A stretch of DNA of 33,546 bases from Nanobdellota archaeon. GTDB taxonomy: Archaea > Nanobdellota > Nanobdellia > Woesearchaeales > GW2011-AR9. Shown piece after piece: positions 16,021 through 25,718 of this stretch. Position 1 is the first letter of the stretch; each line of letters opens with the position of its first letter. The notes below the pieces were generated by a model. The model saw only the letters and a program-made list of their open reading frames with translations. It was not told where the DNA came from and ran no database searches. Made by a program: the position numbers and the translations under genes. The stretch lies in assembly GCA_018812765.1 (NCBI GenBank), contig JAHJDB010000013.1, positions 1 through 33,546 on the forward strand, read 5' to 3'.

Positions 16021-17058
16021 TTATTTCAGTCGAATAAGGTTTTTGGGAGATTTGGTGAGGAGTTTTATTTTCTTGTCGTAAAGAAGGGTGTCTTCAATCC
16101 TTAGACCATATTTATGAGGGAAATAAATCCCAGGCTCAATAGTAAATACCTGGTTGTTGCTTATTTTTTGCTTTTCGTCTTCATTAAAAGAAGGTTGTTC
16201 ATGGATATCGATGCCTACTCCATGGCCCAGGGAATGGATAAAATAAGAGGAATATTTTCCCAAGCTGTTTCGAGCATACTTCTCCAGAGAAAAATAATAT
16301 TCTTCTTTAGGCACTTGATGGATTGTATCAATTTGGGTCTGCAATAACAGCTCATAATTTTCTTTTTCTCCTTTAGTTATTTTGCCTAAATAAAGAACTC
16401 TGGACATGTCGGCACAATAATTTTGATAACAAGCGCCAAAATCCAATTGTATAAATCCTTTGCTCAATTTTGCTGAAGAAGTTTTATGATGAGGAATTGA
16501 AGAATTTTTCGAGCTGGAAACAATAGTTGGAAAAGCCAGCTCCGCCCCAGTTTTCCTGATGTATCTTTCTAAAAAAAAGGCTACTTCTGCTTCAGTTTTA
16601 AATTTTTTAAGAGAATAGTTCTCTATTAAGGCCTGAAATGCTTTCGAAGTTAAGTTACAGGCAGCAGTTATTTTTTTTATTTCTTCTGTAGTTTTTTGGG
16701 AACGCAACTGTTTAAGCTGATCAGAAATGTTAACTAATTCCGCCCGAGGAAAGATTTTTTTTAATTCTTGATATTTATGGTAAGTTAATTTTTCTTCGTT
16801 GACGCCTATCCTTCTTACTTTTTCATTTGAAAGGTCTTTTTTCCAGTCTTTCTTTAATTCTTCAACAGAGATTCCTCTTTTTTGAGGAGATTGATCCAAT
16901 TTAGAGAGATGAAAGTGCGCTTCTTTTGGATTTATCACCAAAATAGCTTGAGAAGGCTTTACTTGAGTGAAATAGGTGATGTTGGAATCAGAAGAGAATA
17001 GGATAGTTTGGTCGACCTCTTCCTTTTCCAGCAGGTTTTGAAATTGTTTTAGTTTCAC
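16021..17058 (-). CDS. M24 family Xaa-Pro aminopeptidase/dipeptidase
   Basis: HSLGHGVGIDIHEQP, FTIEPGIY and RIED metal-ligand motifs, plus an N-terminal creatinase-like domain. Confidence 0.85.
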   Translation of the reverse strand: MKLKQFQNLLEKEEVDQTILFSSDSNITYFTQVKPSQAILVINPKEAHFHLSKLDQSPQKRGISVEELKKDWKKDLSNEKVRRIGVNEEKLTYHKYQELKKIFPRAELVNISDQLKQLRSQKTTEEIKKITAACNLTSKAFQALIENYSLKKFKTEAEVAFFLERYIRKTGAELAFPTIVSSSKNSSIPHHKTSSAKLSKGFIQLDFGACYQNYCADMSRVLYLGKITKGEKENYELLLQTQIDTIHQVPKEEYYFSLEKYARNSLGKYSSYFIHSLGHGVGIDIHEQPSFNEDEKQKISNNQVFTIEPGIYFPHKYGLRIEDTLLYDKKIKLLTKSPKNLIRLK

Positions 17059-17127
17059 GATTCAAGGGAGGTTTATGTTCTTAAAAAATCTTCCCAAAAC
17101 ATTATAAACCCTAAAAATAACATTTTA

Positions 17128-18333
17128 ATGATGGAAAAAGTAATCCTGCCTAACGGACTGACAATCATTTTTGAGAAAAAAGAAAGTAACTCTGTAGTCG
17201 TAGAAGTGATGATAAAGGTTGGAAGCAACCATGAACCAGAAGAAGAAAGAGGTTTGGCCCATTTTATGGAGCATATCCTTTTTGAAGGGACGGAAAAAAG
17301 ACCCACTAATAAAGATATCAGCAACGAAATCGAAAAGGTAGGGGGAGACTTTAATGCTTACACCACTAATGAAAGAACCTGTTTCCATGTTAAGGTCCTG
17401 AAGAAACATTTCCATGTCGCCGTTGATGTATTAGCAGACATCCTACAAAACCCTCTATTTGATGAAAAAATTCTAGAGAAAGAAAAAAAAGTGGTCCTTA
17501 AAGAAATAGACATGGTCAATGATGAACCGCGATATTATCAATGGATTCTGTTAAATAAAACTCTTTTTCAAAAACATCCCTGCCGGAACCCTACTTATGG
17601 GGATAAAAAAATAATCCAAAATCTAACTAGAAAGAAAGCAATTAATTTTTTTAAGAATAAATATGTTCCCAAAAACATGGTCATTTCCATAGTGGGAGAT
17701 GTGAAAGATTGGAAGAGCGAAGTGAAAAAGAACTTTTTATTAAAAGGAGGGAAAGAAGCAAAGCTTCCTGCAATTGTAGAACCTTCCCAAAAAAAGAACC
17801 TTGTTAAAAAAGCCCGGAGAAAAATTATTAACACTTACTTAGTGTTAGGTTATAAGACCGTACCTAGAAGACATAAAAACTCTTATGTTCTTGATGTCAT
17901 CGATGGAATCCTGGGAAGGGGGCAAAGCGGAAATATTTTTACTGAAATTAGAAGCAAAAGAGGGCTGGCTTATGATGTTGGAACTGAAAGTGTAGCCGAA
18001 AAAAGCTTTGGTTTTTTTGCTGTCCATGCCACCATCGACAAAAAGAATGTTGAAGTGGTGAAAGAATTGATGTTGAAAGAACTGGAGAAATTAAAGACTA
18101 TCTCTGTCAAGGATCTTCGGGAAGCTAAGGATTATATTGAGGGGGATTATTTGTTAGAATTAGAAGACTCGCAAAAGATGGCTGACCAGCTCCTGTTTTG
18201 GGAATTAACCAAAGATTATAGATTGATGAAAGAATACTTGAAGAATATCAAGAAAGTTACTTCTGCAGACATAAAAAGAGTCATAGAAACTTATTTTAAG
18301 CATTACGCCATGATTGTGATTGAAGGGAAATAA
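17128..18333 (+). CDS. M16 (insulinase/pitrilysin) family zinc peptidase
   Basis: Inverted zinc motif HFMEHILFEG (HxxEH) and 401-aa two-lobed architecture. Confidence 0.85.
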   Translation: MMEKVILPNGLTIIFEKKESNSVVVEVMIKVGSNHEPEEERGLAHFMEHILFEGTEKRPTNKDISNEIEKVGGDFNAYTTNERTCFHVKVLKKHFHVAVDVLADILQNPLFDEKILEKEKKVVLKEIDMVNDEPRYYQWILLNKTLFQKHPCRNPTYGDKKIIQNLTRKKAINFFKNKYVPKNMVISIVGDVKDWKSEVKKNFLLKGGKEAKLPAIVEPSQKKNLVKKARRKIINTYLVLGYKTVPRRHKNSYVLDVIDGILGRGQSGNIFTEIRSKRGLAYDVGTESVAEKSFGFFAVHATIDKKNVEVVKELMLKELEKLKTISVKDLREAKDYIEGDYLLELEDSQKMADQLLFWELTKDYRLMKEYLKNIKKVTSADIKRVIETYFKHYAMIVIEGK

Positions 18334-18388
18334 GCCTGAAAAGAATTAAGAAAAAATCAGAAAAAAATATTTTTGTTTCTCTTTTTAT

Positions 18389-19408
18389 TTAAACATAAGC
18401 TTCTCCATCAAGCTTGTTTAGTTTATCCTTATTCTTTTGGAAAACAGACAACAAAATGTTAATTTCTCTTGCTAATCCGTTCTTTAAGTCAAGAGGGTGC
18501 AGTTCTTTTTTTACAAACGCTGCTTCAATCTCTTCATAAGAAGAAAATTCTATGTTGCCGCCGAATTTTTCAGGACGTTCGATAATAAACTTTTCTCCCC
18601 TATCCATTTTTATAGTCATGATGACATGTTTAAGAAATGCTAAAATCCCATTGTCTTCAATAACTCCGGCTTCGCAATAAGCTTTCTTAATCTTATCAAT
18701 TACAGTCTTCTCGTCATCTAAAAGGTCTACCTTGGATTTGGGGTCTGAGGCAGACATCTTCTTGCCGGTTAGTCCAGGAATAATAGGAGTCATCACTTCT
18801 ACCCTTGCCTTGTAACCTAGCTTAGGTAAATTCTCCCGAGCATACATTAAAATTTTTCTTTGGTCTGCTCCACCATATTGTACATCCACACCCAGATATT
18901 CTTCATCAAGAGCCTGCATTAAAGGATAGATTAAACCACTTAATTTAGGATTATCACCAAACTTGACCACATCAGAAGCAGCTTTAGTTGCATCATGAAT
19001 AGTAGTCATGGTCGAAAGTTTCAAAGTGTCGATAATGTAGTCTTTCTTTAGTTGAAAATCGGTTCCTTTAATAATCTCAAAATTGTTGATGTCGGCCCCT
19101 ATTGCCTTAAACATCAAAGGAATAACAACGGAATAATACTTGTATCTTTTCTCTAAGACATCCCAGGGACAATTGTCCAACGCTCCGTGAAGGTCTGCTA
19201 AAAGAAGTTTTACCTTAAAACCAGCTTTAAGGAAATCAGCTAATTTAAGCACCCAGGTAAAGTAAGCTATGTGTGGTTTACCAGTCACTGCCGTTCCGAT
19301 ATAAACTAGGGGCTGTTTTTTTTTCTTTAATAATTCTAAAAGTTCTTCTTCTGTTACTATTTCTTGACAATTTCTCTTAATTAATTCCAGCTTTTCTTCC
19401 GGCTTCAT
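18389..19408 (-). CDS. tyrS: Tyrosine--tRNA ligase (archaeal type)
   Basis: Strong similarity along its length to M. jannaschii TyrRS as I recall it (IKRN..EI..EEEL, LLADLH, YPLMQ, GVDVQ.GG.DQRKI, KMSAS, IKKAYC, RPEKFGG, ELHP.DLKN). Confidence 0.88.
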   Translation of the reverse strand: MKPEEKLELIKRNCQEIVTEEELLELLKKKKQPLVYIGTAVTGKPHIAYFTWVLKLADFLKAGFKVKLLLADLHGALDNCPWDVLEKRYKYYSVVIPLMFKAIGADINNFEIIKGTDFQLKKDYIIDTLKLSTMTTIHDATKAASDVVKFGDNPKLSGLIYPLMQALDEEYLGVDVQYGGADQRKILMYARENLPKLGYKARVEVMTPIIPGLTGKKMSASDPKSKVDLLDDEKTVIDKIKKAYCEAGVIEDNGILAFLKHVIMTIKMDRGEKFIIERPEKFGGNIEFSSYEEIEAAFVKKELHPLDLKNGLAREINILLSVFQKNKDKLNKLDGEAYV

Positions 19409-19546
19409 TTTAATTCTAAAAAGAGAGATGGTTTAAATATTTAATGGGTGTTAAGGTTGAAAACTTATAAAAACAGTGATTTATCAGAAAAAGAGAGGAA
19501 AAGTATAAAAAAAGCGCTTACAATCAAGGCTTTAGGGGGATGAAAT

Positions 19547-20179
19547 ATGGTAAAAGCAATCTTGTTTGACTTTTGGGGAACTTTAGTAGAAAATGGGGTC
19601 TGGAGCCCCATAAAACAGGTAAAAGACATTTTGGGTATTAGAATCCCTTTTTCAGAATATGTTGTCAGAATGGAAAAGGCAATGATGACTACTAAGTTTG
19701 AATCGTTGAAAGAGGCCTTCAAATCCTTGTGTCAAGAGTTCCAGATCGAATGCAGTGAAGAAAAATTAGAGCAATTGATTGGTCTGTGGAACAAATCCTG
19801 GATGTTGGCTCGGCCTTATGAAGAAGTTGCAGAAGAATTGATAAAATTAAAAAAAGATTACCAAATCATTTTAGTTTCCAACACGGACTGTTTTTCAGTC
19901 AATCGGGTCATGGAAAAATTTAATCTGCGAGGGCTTTTTGATAAAACTTATCTTTCCTATGAAATTAATCTGATCAAGACCGATGAAAAGTTTTTGATGA
20001 TGGTTCTAAAAGATCTGAAATTGAAAGTAGAAGATTGTGTTTTGGTAGGAGACAGTATTCAAAGTGATATCATGGCGGCAAAAGCTTTAGGGATGAAAGC
20101 TGTCCTGATTGACAGAAAAAATACTCGGGAATATCATCCTAAAATCAAAAACCTTAAAGAGTTGGAGAACGTTCTATAA
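19547..20179 (+). CDS. HAD-superfamily hydrolase
   Basis: Motif I ILFDFWGTL, motif II VSNT and motif IV VGDSIQSDI. TATAAAAAAAGCGC at ~19503-19516 lies about 30 nt upstream of the ATG. Confidence 0.75.
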   Translation: MVKAILFDFWGTLVENGVWSPIKQVKDILGIRIPFSEYVVRMEKAMMTTKFESLKEAFKSLCQEFQIECSEEKLEQLIGLWNKSWMLARPYEEVAEELIKLKKDYQIILVSNTDCFSVNRVMEKFNLRGLFDKTYLSYEINLIKTDEKFLMMVLKDLKLKVEDCVLVGDSIQSDIMAAKALGMKAVLIDRKNTREYHPKIKNLKELENVL

Positions 20180-20183
20180 GACT

Positions 20184-21074
20184 ATGGCTGAAATAACTTT
20201 TTTAGGAACTGGATGTATGCAACCTACTAAAACTAGGAATCATTCCGGGTTTCTGCTCAGTTTTGGTAAAGAGAATATCCTGTTTGATTGTGGAGAAGGG
20301 ATCCAAAGACAGATGCGGATTACCGGCATTAAGCCAGCAAAAGTGACCCGCTTATGCATCAGCCACTGGCATGGAGACCATGTTTTTGGCATCCCGGGGT
20401 TGATTAGTTCCATGGGGGCAGATCAAGCAACCCATACCTTGCATATTTATGGACCGAAAGGAAGCAAGAAATACTTTGACCATATGTTAAAATCCTTTTC
20501 TTCAAAAGATATCATGAAACATGAGATCCATGAAGTCTCTTCAGGAACGATCTTTGAAAACGAAGAATTCAAATTAGTTGCTGAACCTCTAAAACATTCT
20601 ACTGAGTGTGTGGGTTATAGTTTTATTGAGAAAGACCGGCTGAGGATTAATGTAGCCAAAGCAGAAAAATTAGGGTTGGCAGGACCAATCTTAGGTAAAT
20701 TACAGCAAGGAGAAGAAGTTATGCACAAAGGCAGGAAGATTAAATCTTCCGAAGTAACCTACCAAGTTAAAGGTAAAAAGATCTCTTATGTTGCTGATAC
20801 CATCATATGTAAGGGAGCTAACAATCTAGCCAAAAATGCTGACTTGTTGATTTCTGAAGGAACTCATCTTTCAGACATTAAAGAGAAAACAGAGAAATAT
20901 ATGCACTTGACAATCATGGATGCGGCCTTATTAGCTTCAGAAAATAATGCTAAAAGGTTAGTGATAACCCATATCAGCCAAAGATATAAAAGTATCTCTG
21001 AAATCGTTTCCGAAGCAAGAACTTATTTTGATGATACAGTTGTGGCAGAAGATTTTATGAAAATCAAGGTTTAG
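20184..21074 (+). CDS. rnz: Ribonuclease Z (tRNA 3' endonuclease)
   Basis: ITFLGTG, ISHWHGDH (HxHxDH) and ITHIS. Start at ATG 20184, 4 nt after the HAD stop; the upstream part of the track ORF overlaps the HAD gene. Confidence 0.85.
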   Translation: MAEITFLGTGCMQPTKTRNHSGFLLSFGKENILFDCGEGIQRQMRITGIKPAKVTRLCISHWHGDHVFGIPGLISSMGADQATHTLHIYGPKGSKKYFDHMLKSFSSKDIMKHEIHEVSSGTIFENEEFKLVAEPLKHSTECVGYSFIEKDRLRINVAKAEKLGLAGPILGKLQQGEEVMHKGRKIKSSEVTYQVKGKKISYVADTIICKGANNLAKNADLLISEGTHLSDIKEKTEKYMHLTIMDAALLASENNAKRLVITHISQRYKSISEIVSEARTYFDDTVVAEDFMKIKV

Positions 21075-21099
21075 AATTATTGTTAAGATGGTAATCTTG

Positions 21100-21123
21100 A
21101 TTAACTTAAAATATTAAGTTAAT
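21100..21123 (+). terminator. Perfect 10-bp hairpin (ATTAACTTAA-AATA-TTAAGTTAAT) downstream of rnz
   Basis: Read directly from the sequence. It starts 26 nt after the rnz stop. An exact tandem TTTATAGTAA x2 follows at 21131-21150, probably the TATA region for hjc. Confidence 0.35.
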
Positions 21124-21184
21124 TGGTATGTTTATAGTAATTTATAGTAATGTTATAATAATTTAAGCAATTAAAATTTAAGCG

Positions 21185-21580
21185 ATGAACACCAAAGCTA
21201 AAGGAACAAAAGGAGAAAGGGAGTTAGTCAAATTCTTTAATGAGAATAATTGGGCTTGCATAAGGGTTGCGGGAAGCGGCAGCAGTAAATATCCCAGTCC
21301 AGATATTTTAGCAGCAAATGCAGTAAGAAGGCTGGCTATTGAATGTAAGGTTACTAAGGATAAAAAAAAATACTTTACTAGTGAAGAAATCGAACAATTA
21401 AGATTTTTTTCTCGACGGTTTGGTGCCGAAAGTTGGGTGGGAGTGAGGTTTCCTGACCACCCGTGGTATTTTTTCATGTTAGAAGATATCGAAGAGACTG
21501 GTAAGTGCTGGGCAGTTTCTTTAGAAACAGCAAAGATAAAAGGGTTAAAGATTGAAGAATTAATGAATTTTGGGCTCTAA
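21185..21580 (+). CDS. hjc: Holliday junction resolvase Hjc
   Basis: 131 aa with KGTKGERELV...IRVAGSG...PDILA...AIECK, the archaeal Hjc nuclease motifs. Confidence 0.85.
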   Translation: MNTKAKGTKGERELVKFFNENNWACIRVAGSGSSKYPSPDILAANAVRRLAIECKVTKDKKKYFTSEEIEQLRFFSRRFGAESWVGVRFPDHPWYFFMLEDIEETGKCWAVSLETAKIKGLKIEELMNFGL

Positions 21581-21706
21581 AAAAAGATTATTGCATCTCT
21601 ATTTCAGATAAATTCTAATGTAGATATTGTGTTAAATGAGCGAAAGTTATATAAAAGATTCTTTCTTAAATATAAAATATATTAAAATGGGGGCATTTTG
21701 GTGTTT

Positions 21707-23404
21707 ATGAAAAAATTAATCTTACTATCGTTACTGTTAGTTTTAATTATACCAGTTGTCATTGCAGAAGATCAAGTAGTGATTAACTCTAAGAATTGGC
21801 AGGATGTTTATTCTGGACAATTGTATGCCAGCCTTAACGATCTTGAAGTTCATTATGTGGCAGAAGAAACACAAGGGTTGCAATTAGTCAATGAAGTTCT
21901 TCCAAGAGACAAGAAAGGAGTATTATTAATTGAATCTGATAAAGAACCCTTCACCTTTGGTTATAAAGCTAAGTTAGAGGGGGTTGGTTTTGAAGTAGAA
22001 GAGTTTATCTCCACCGATGCCAAAAAAACTAATCTAGAACTGGCAAAACTTACTCTCGAAAAGCAAAGTGTCTCCGGCTTTATCATCTTAGATGGTTCTT
22101 TAGGGTATAGTGCTCTTTCCGTGGCTCCTTATGCTATCTTAACTAAATCTTTGGTCCTTTTTGTCGACCGAAATAATATTGATGAAGTTTACCAATTCCT
22201 TCAAGAAAATACTAGGGATATTCTCATTTATGGTAGCGTTGATAGAACAGTTAAAGATAGATTAGCTCCTTTTAGTCCAGAAATAATAAACAATGGTGAC
22301 CGTTACAAAGATAACTTGGAGATGGTCAGAAAGTTCCTAGACCTAAAAGACTCAAAACAAGTCACTTTTACCAACGGAGAATTTATCGAACCGGGCTTAT
22401 TTAACAGTGAATTTCCTTCTATGTTCATTGGTACCAGCAACGTCCCAGACTTTATCATTGATTTTATTAAAGAAACAGATGTCAAAGCAGGAGTGGTCAT
22501 CGGTTATGATCTTTTTCAAAACGCTAAGAAGATCAGAGAACAGACTGGAATAAAAATATTGCTCAAATATGGTCAAGGCCGGAATTCTCAACTTTATGCT
22601 TTAGATGTTTTCCCGATCCCTAGTTTCCAGCCCAGCGTGGATATCAAGGAAGTACGTTATAATGCCTTAACTAAACAGTTAGAAGTTGTCTATGAAAACA
22701 CCGGAGAAGTCTTTTCTTATGTACAAGCCTTATCGATAGATTTACTTGTTAACGATGAATCTGTTGCCCAGGTTGGAGACGAAGAGGCCTTTTTTCTTCA
22801 AGCTAAGGACATCTCAACGGTAACTTACGAGGTGGATTTAAGTAGGTATGTTGATGACGAGGAAACTATTTTTGCTGACAGCAAGATTATTTTAGGAGAC
22901 ACTCCCGGATCATTAGTAAAGTTAATCACAAAAAAAATGGAAGTGGCCGTAATCTCAGTAGAAGATAATTCAGAAATAGAAATTGCCGGTCTAGTTTATA
23001 ATAAAGGAACGCAAAGGTTTGAAATAACAATAAAAAATATCGGAAAAGAGGATGTTTATGCTAATCTTGAATTGATAGACTTAATGATTGCTGGTGAAAA
23101 GGTAAGCTTAGGGGCTGAACAACAAAAAATCAAGCCGGGAAGCTCAGGATTATTTAAGATAAAAGCAACCTTAGAAGAAGTTGATTTTGAAGATAATCCT
23201 CAGGTAACCGTCCATGCTCGTTATGGAGCGAGAGAAGATGCCCTGATTAAGCATTTGACTCAAGAAATGAAATTAGTGGTAAAAAGCAGAGATTATAAGC
23301 CAATCCTTGTTGTAGTGATGGTCTTAGTGATTGTCTGGCTATTGGTCTCATTGTTTAAGAAAAAAAAGAGAGAAGCGGCCCATCACCACCATCATCAATG
23401 GTAA
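21707..23404 (+). CDS. Secreted, C-terminally membrane-anchored surface protein with a CWB2-like alpha/beta repeat region and Ig/CARDB-like domains; ends in a His5 tail
   Basis: Sec-type signal peptide MKKLILLSLLLVLIIPVVIAED. Segments such as GYSALSVAPYAILTKSLVLFV...ILIYGSVDRTVKDRL resemble cell-wall-binding repeat 2. FEITIKNIGKEDVYANLEL is CARDB-like. A TM helix is followed by KKKKREAAHHHHHQW (His codons at 23381-23395). Confidence 0.6.
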   Translation: MKKLILLSLLLVLIIPVVIAEDQVVINSKNWQDVYSGQLYASLNDLEVHYVAEETQGLQLVNEVLPRDKKGVLLIESDKEPFTFGYKAKLEGVGFEVEEFISTDAKKTNLELAKLTLEKQSVSGFIILDGSLGYSALSVAPYAILTKSLVLFVDRNNIDEVYQFLQENTRDILIYGSVDRTVKDRLAPFSPEIINNGDRYKDNLEMVRKFLDLKDSKQVTFTNGEFIEPGLFNSEFPSMFIGTSNVPDFIIDFIKETDVKAGVVIGYDLFQNAKKIREQTGIKILLKYGQGRNSQLYALDVFPIPSFQPSVDIKEVRYNALTKQLEVVYENTGEVFSYVQALSIDLLVNDESVAQVGDEEAFFLQAKDISTVTYEVDLSRYVDDEETIFADSKIILGDTPGSLVKLITKKMEVAVISVEDNSEIEIAGLVYNKGTQRFEITIKNIGKEDVYANLELIDLMIAGEKVSLGAEQQKIKPGSSGLFKIKATLEEVDFEDNPQVTVHARYGAREDALIKHLTQEMKLVVKSRDYKPILVVVMVLVIVWLLVSLFKKKKREAAHHHHHQW

Positions 23405-23416
23405 TAGGGAAATAAG

Positions 23417-24064
23417 ATGGGAGTTAAGAAAATAAAAAGAGCTGTTTTTCTTTTAGGGATAATCGTATTTAGTCTTTTTTTAATTTCTTGTTCTAATAGC
23501 AGTAAACCAAGTAAAGTTCTTGCGGAAATAAATGGAAATTCCTTGACTTTAGATGAATTTAATCAAGAATACTACCTTTTTGGAAACCAAAGGGAGAAGT
23601 ATTTGTTTCTGAATGACGTGGTCATCCCTAACGAGATTCTTCTTTCAGAAGCTCAAAGGCAAGGCTTAGAAGCATCAGAAAAAGAGATTGAGTCAGCCTT
23701 GAACGTCTTTTTAGAAAAAGTAAATATGGAAAAGAAAGATTTCTTTGAAAAAGTGAAAAAAGAACAAGGACTAAGTAAATCAGATATCAATCGCTTGATG
23801 GAAAAAAAAGTTTTGATCTCTAAAATTGTAAAAGATATCATCCCTTCTGAAATTGTTACTGAAGAAGAGATAGAAAAAACTTACCAAGATAATATCAAAT
23901 CCTTTGAAGTTGAAGGAGAAGTCCTGCCTTTAGAAAAAGTTAAAGATAAGATTGAAGACATGCTGATGAAAGTTAATAAAGAAAAAGCAGTCAGAGAATA
24001 CGTTATGGAATTAGCTGAGAAAGGAAATGTTGTAGTTCATACTGAATTTAGTACCTTAAGTTGA
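23417..24064 (+). CDS. Putative lipoprotein with a SurA/PrsA N-terminal-like chaperone domain (no PPIase domain)
   Basis: The signal peptide ends in the lipobox-like LISC. LAEINGNSLTLDEFNQEY and the helical K/E-rich remainder resemble the SurA_N domain. Confidence 0.45.
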   Translation: MGVKKIKRAVFLLGIIVFSLFLISCSNSSKPSKVLAEINGNSLTLDEFNQEYYLFGNQREKYLFLNDVVIPNEILLSEAQRQGLEASEKEIESALNVFLEKVNMEKKDFFEKVKKEQGLSKSDINRLMEKKVLISKIVKDIIPSEIVTEEEIEKTYQDNIKSFEVEGEVLPLEKVKDKIEDMLMKVNKEKAVREYVMELAEKGNVVVHTEFSTLS

Positions 24065-24143
24065 GTGTTGGTTGATAATTTCTTTTAAAAGATATATTAA
24101 AAAAAACGAAGCATTTTAATAACCTCAAATATTTATTATTACT

Positions 24144-25703
24144 ATGAAAGGAAGGTGGATAGAAGTAATGATCACTTCAGTATGCATGCTTTTCTTAACT
24201 ACGGTTGTTTTATACATTTATCCTCCGGGGGGAATTACCGGTTATATCATTGCTCAAGGAGGAAATGTTACAGAAGCGAATTTATCTAGCGCAAAAAGTT
24301 CTGATTATTGGCATGGTTTTTATGGACAGATCTTAGTTGATCCTGGTACAACTAGCACTCCTACTTCTTTAGCAACAGGGGGCTCGATGACTGAATTTAA
24401 CTTAACTTTCTCTTGCAGTCCACCTCATATTTATGCTTCAGCAGAATATCCTTCTAACTTAAATCCAATTACTAAAGGAAATGTAACTGCTCTTGACAAT
24501 TATCTCGGATTAAATGCAAGCCATCCCGAATCTGGGACAAGCATCTTTACTAATCTAACAGATAACTTTATTATTAATGGAACTGTTCTTCTGAATGTTC
24601 CTGTTGCTTATACTTTAGTCAATAATCTTTCCAACACTACTTTTGATCTAGGTTTGATGGATTCGGAAGAAACTTTATATTTTACAACACATAATGTAAG
24701 TGATAAACCTGGATTTAACAGCCAACTTTTAGATTATCAAATGATGGTTCCGGTAAATCAAAGCAGCCTCACTTATTATTTTTATTCCGACTGTCCTGTT
24801 TCAAACTGTTCAGCCCCAAGTGGTTTTGTAGGAAGTTTGAATGCCTTTTTACATGACGATAATAAAAGTGTTGATCTGAATTGGAGCGGAACAAGCGACT
24901 CTTTTAGAGTTTATTATTCAACTAACATTTCCGCCATAGTTAATCTCGATACTAACAATGTTCATTCTTCGGTCACAGTTGTAAATGGAATTACAGATAA
25001 TAATTGGACAGACTATAATGCTTCCCTAGATCAAAAAAGATACTATACTGTCGCAGCAGTCTCAGGTAGTTGTATCAGTGCTATCAATGATACTTGGGGC
25101 AAATTTACTTATTATTATGAAGCGCCAGTTTCCTCTATTTTTGGATCTTTATCTTCTGACAGAATTGCTATCTACCTAAATGTCAGCTATGACGCGGAAA
25201 CTTTTTTACAAGGTATTCCTGATTCTTTTAACCCGACCATCTCCAGATTAGATAAATCTAATGTTTCCGGAGAATTCTTTACTACCCATGTTAAAGGACT
25301 AAACGATGGAAATAATTTTGATTTGGAGATTATTAAAGGATATCAATTAACTGTAGATGGTTATTTTAACCAGACTATTGTAGGAAGAATCATGCCCACA
25401 CCATACATCTTAAATTATGAAACTCCTTATTCCAGTTTTTATGGAACTTTGGCCACCAATTGGAATGGAATATATGATTTTAATAGAACTTATTCAGCGG
25501 AAAGCTTCCTTCAAGATATCCCCCCTTCCTTAAACCCGACCATCTCAAGATTAGATAAATCCGATGCCTCCGGAGAATTCCTAACCACTCATGTCAGAGG
25601 ACTGAACGATGGGAATAATTTTAATATAGACTTAGGAATTGGATATGCTATTACTGTAGATGATAATTTCAATCACACCCTTTGTACAAACTGTTTTGAT
25701 TAA
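24144..25703 (+). CDS. Secreted or anchored sequon-rich protein with a C-terminal tandem ~101-aa duplication; function unknown
   Basis: N-terminal hydrophobic helix and many N-x-S/T sites. Units at 25110-25412 and 25413-25700 share NPTISRLDKS..SGEF.TTHV.GLNDGNNF. ATG 24168 is an alternative start, preceded by AAGGTGGA at 24152-24159. Confidence 0.55.
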   Translation: MKGRWIEVMITSVCMLFLTTVVLYIYPPGGITGYIIAQGGNVTEANLSSAKSSDYWHGFYGQILVDPGTTSTPTSLATGGSMTEFNLTFSCSPPHIYASAEYPSNLNPITKGNVTALDNYLGLNASHPESGTSIFTNLTDNFIINGTVLLNVPVAYTLVNNLSNTTFDLGLMDSEETLYFTTHNVSDKPGFNSQLLDYQMMVPVNQSSLTYYFYSDCPVSNCSAPSGFVGSLNAFLHDDNKSVDLNWSGTSDSFRVYYSTNISAIVNLDTNNVHSSVTVVNGITDNNWTDYNASLDQKRYYTVAAVSGSCISAINDTWGKFTYYYEAPVSSIFGSLSSDRIAIYLNVSYDAETFLQGIPDSFNPTISRLDKSNVSGEFFTTHVKGLNDGNNFDLEIIKGYQLTVDGYFNQTIVGRIMPTPYILNYETPYSSFYGTLATNWNGIYDFNRTYSAESFLQDIPPSLNPTISRLDKSDASGEFLTTHVRGLNDGNNFNIDLGIGYAITVDDNFNHTLCTNCFD

Positions 25704-25718
25704 AAAGGAAAACAAAAA

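Noticed and set aside
15872-16081. 69-aa + strand ORF MGLPGFEPGF...
   Set aside because: Its first 75 nt are the reverse complement of tRNA-Pro(UGG), and the rest overlaps the 3' end of the M24 peptidase gene. It is spurious.
23381-23395. The His5 run as a cloning or expression-tag artefact.
   Set aside because: No vector, linker or protease-site sequence flanks it. Codon usage is mixed CAT/CAC, it is followed by QW-stop, and it lies in a native operon context. A similar HHH occurs in the giant protein tail.
24144-24200. Class III (type IV pilin-like) signal peptide in MKGRWIEVMITSV...
   Set aside because: The KG/R junction and the Glu position do not fit well. An SD-like AAGGTGGA suggests the real start may be ATG 24168, which would remove the motif altogether.
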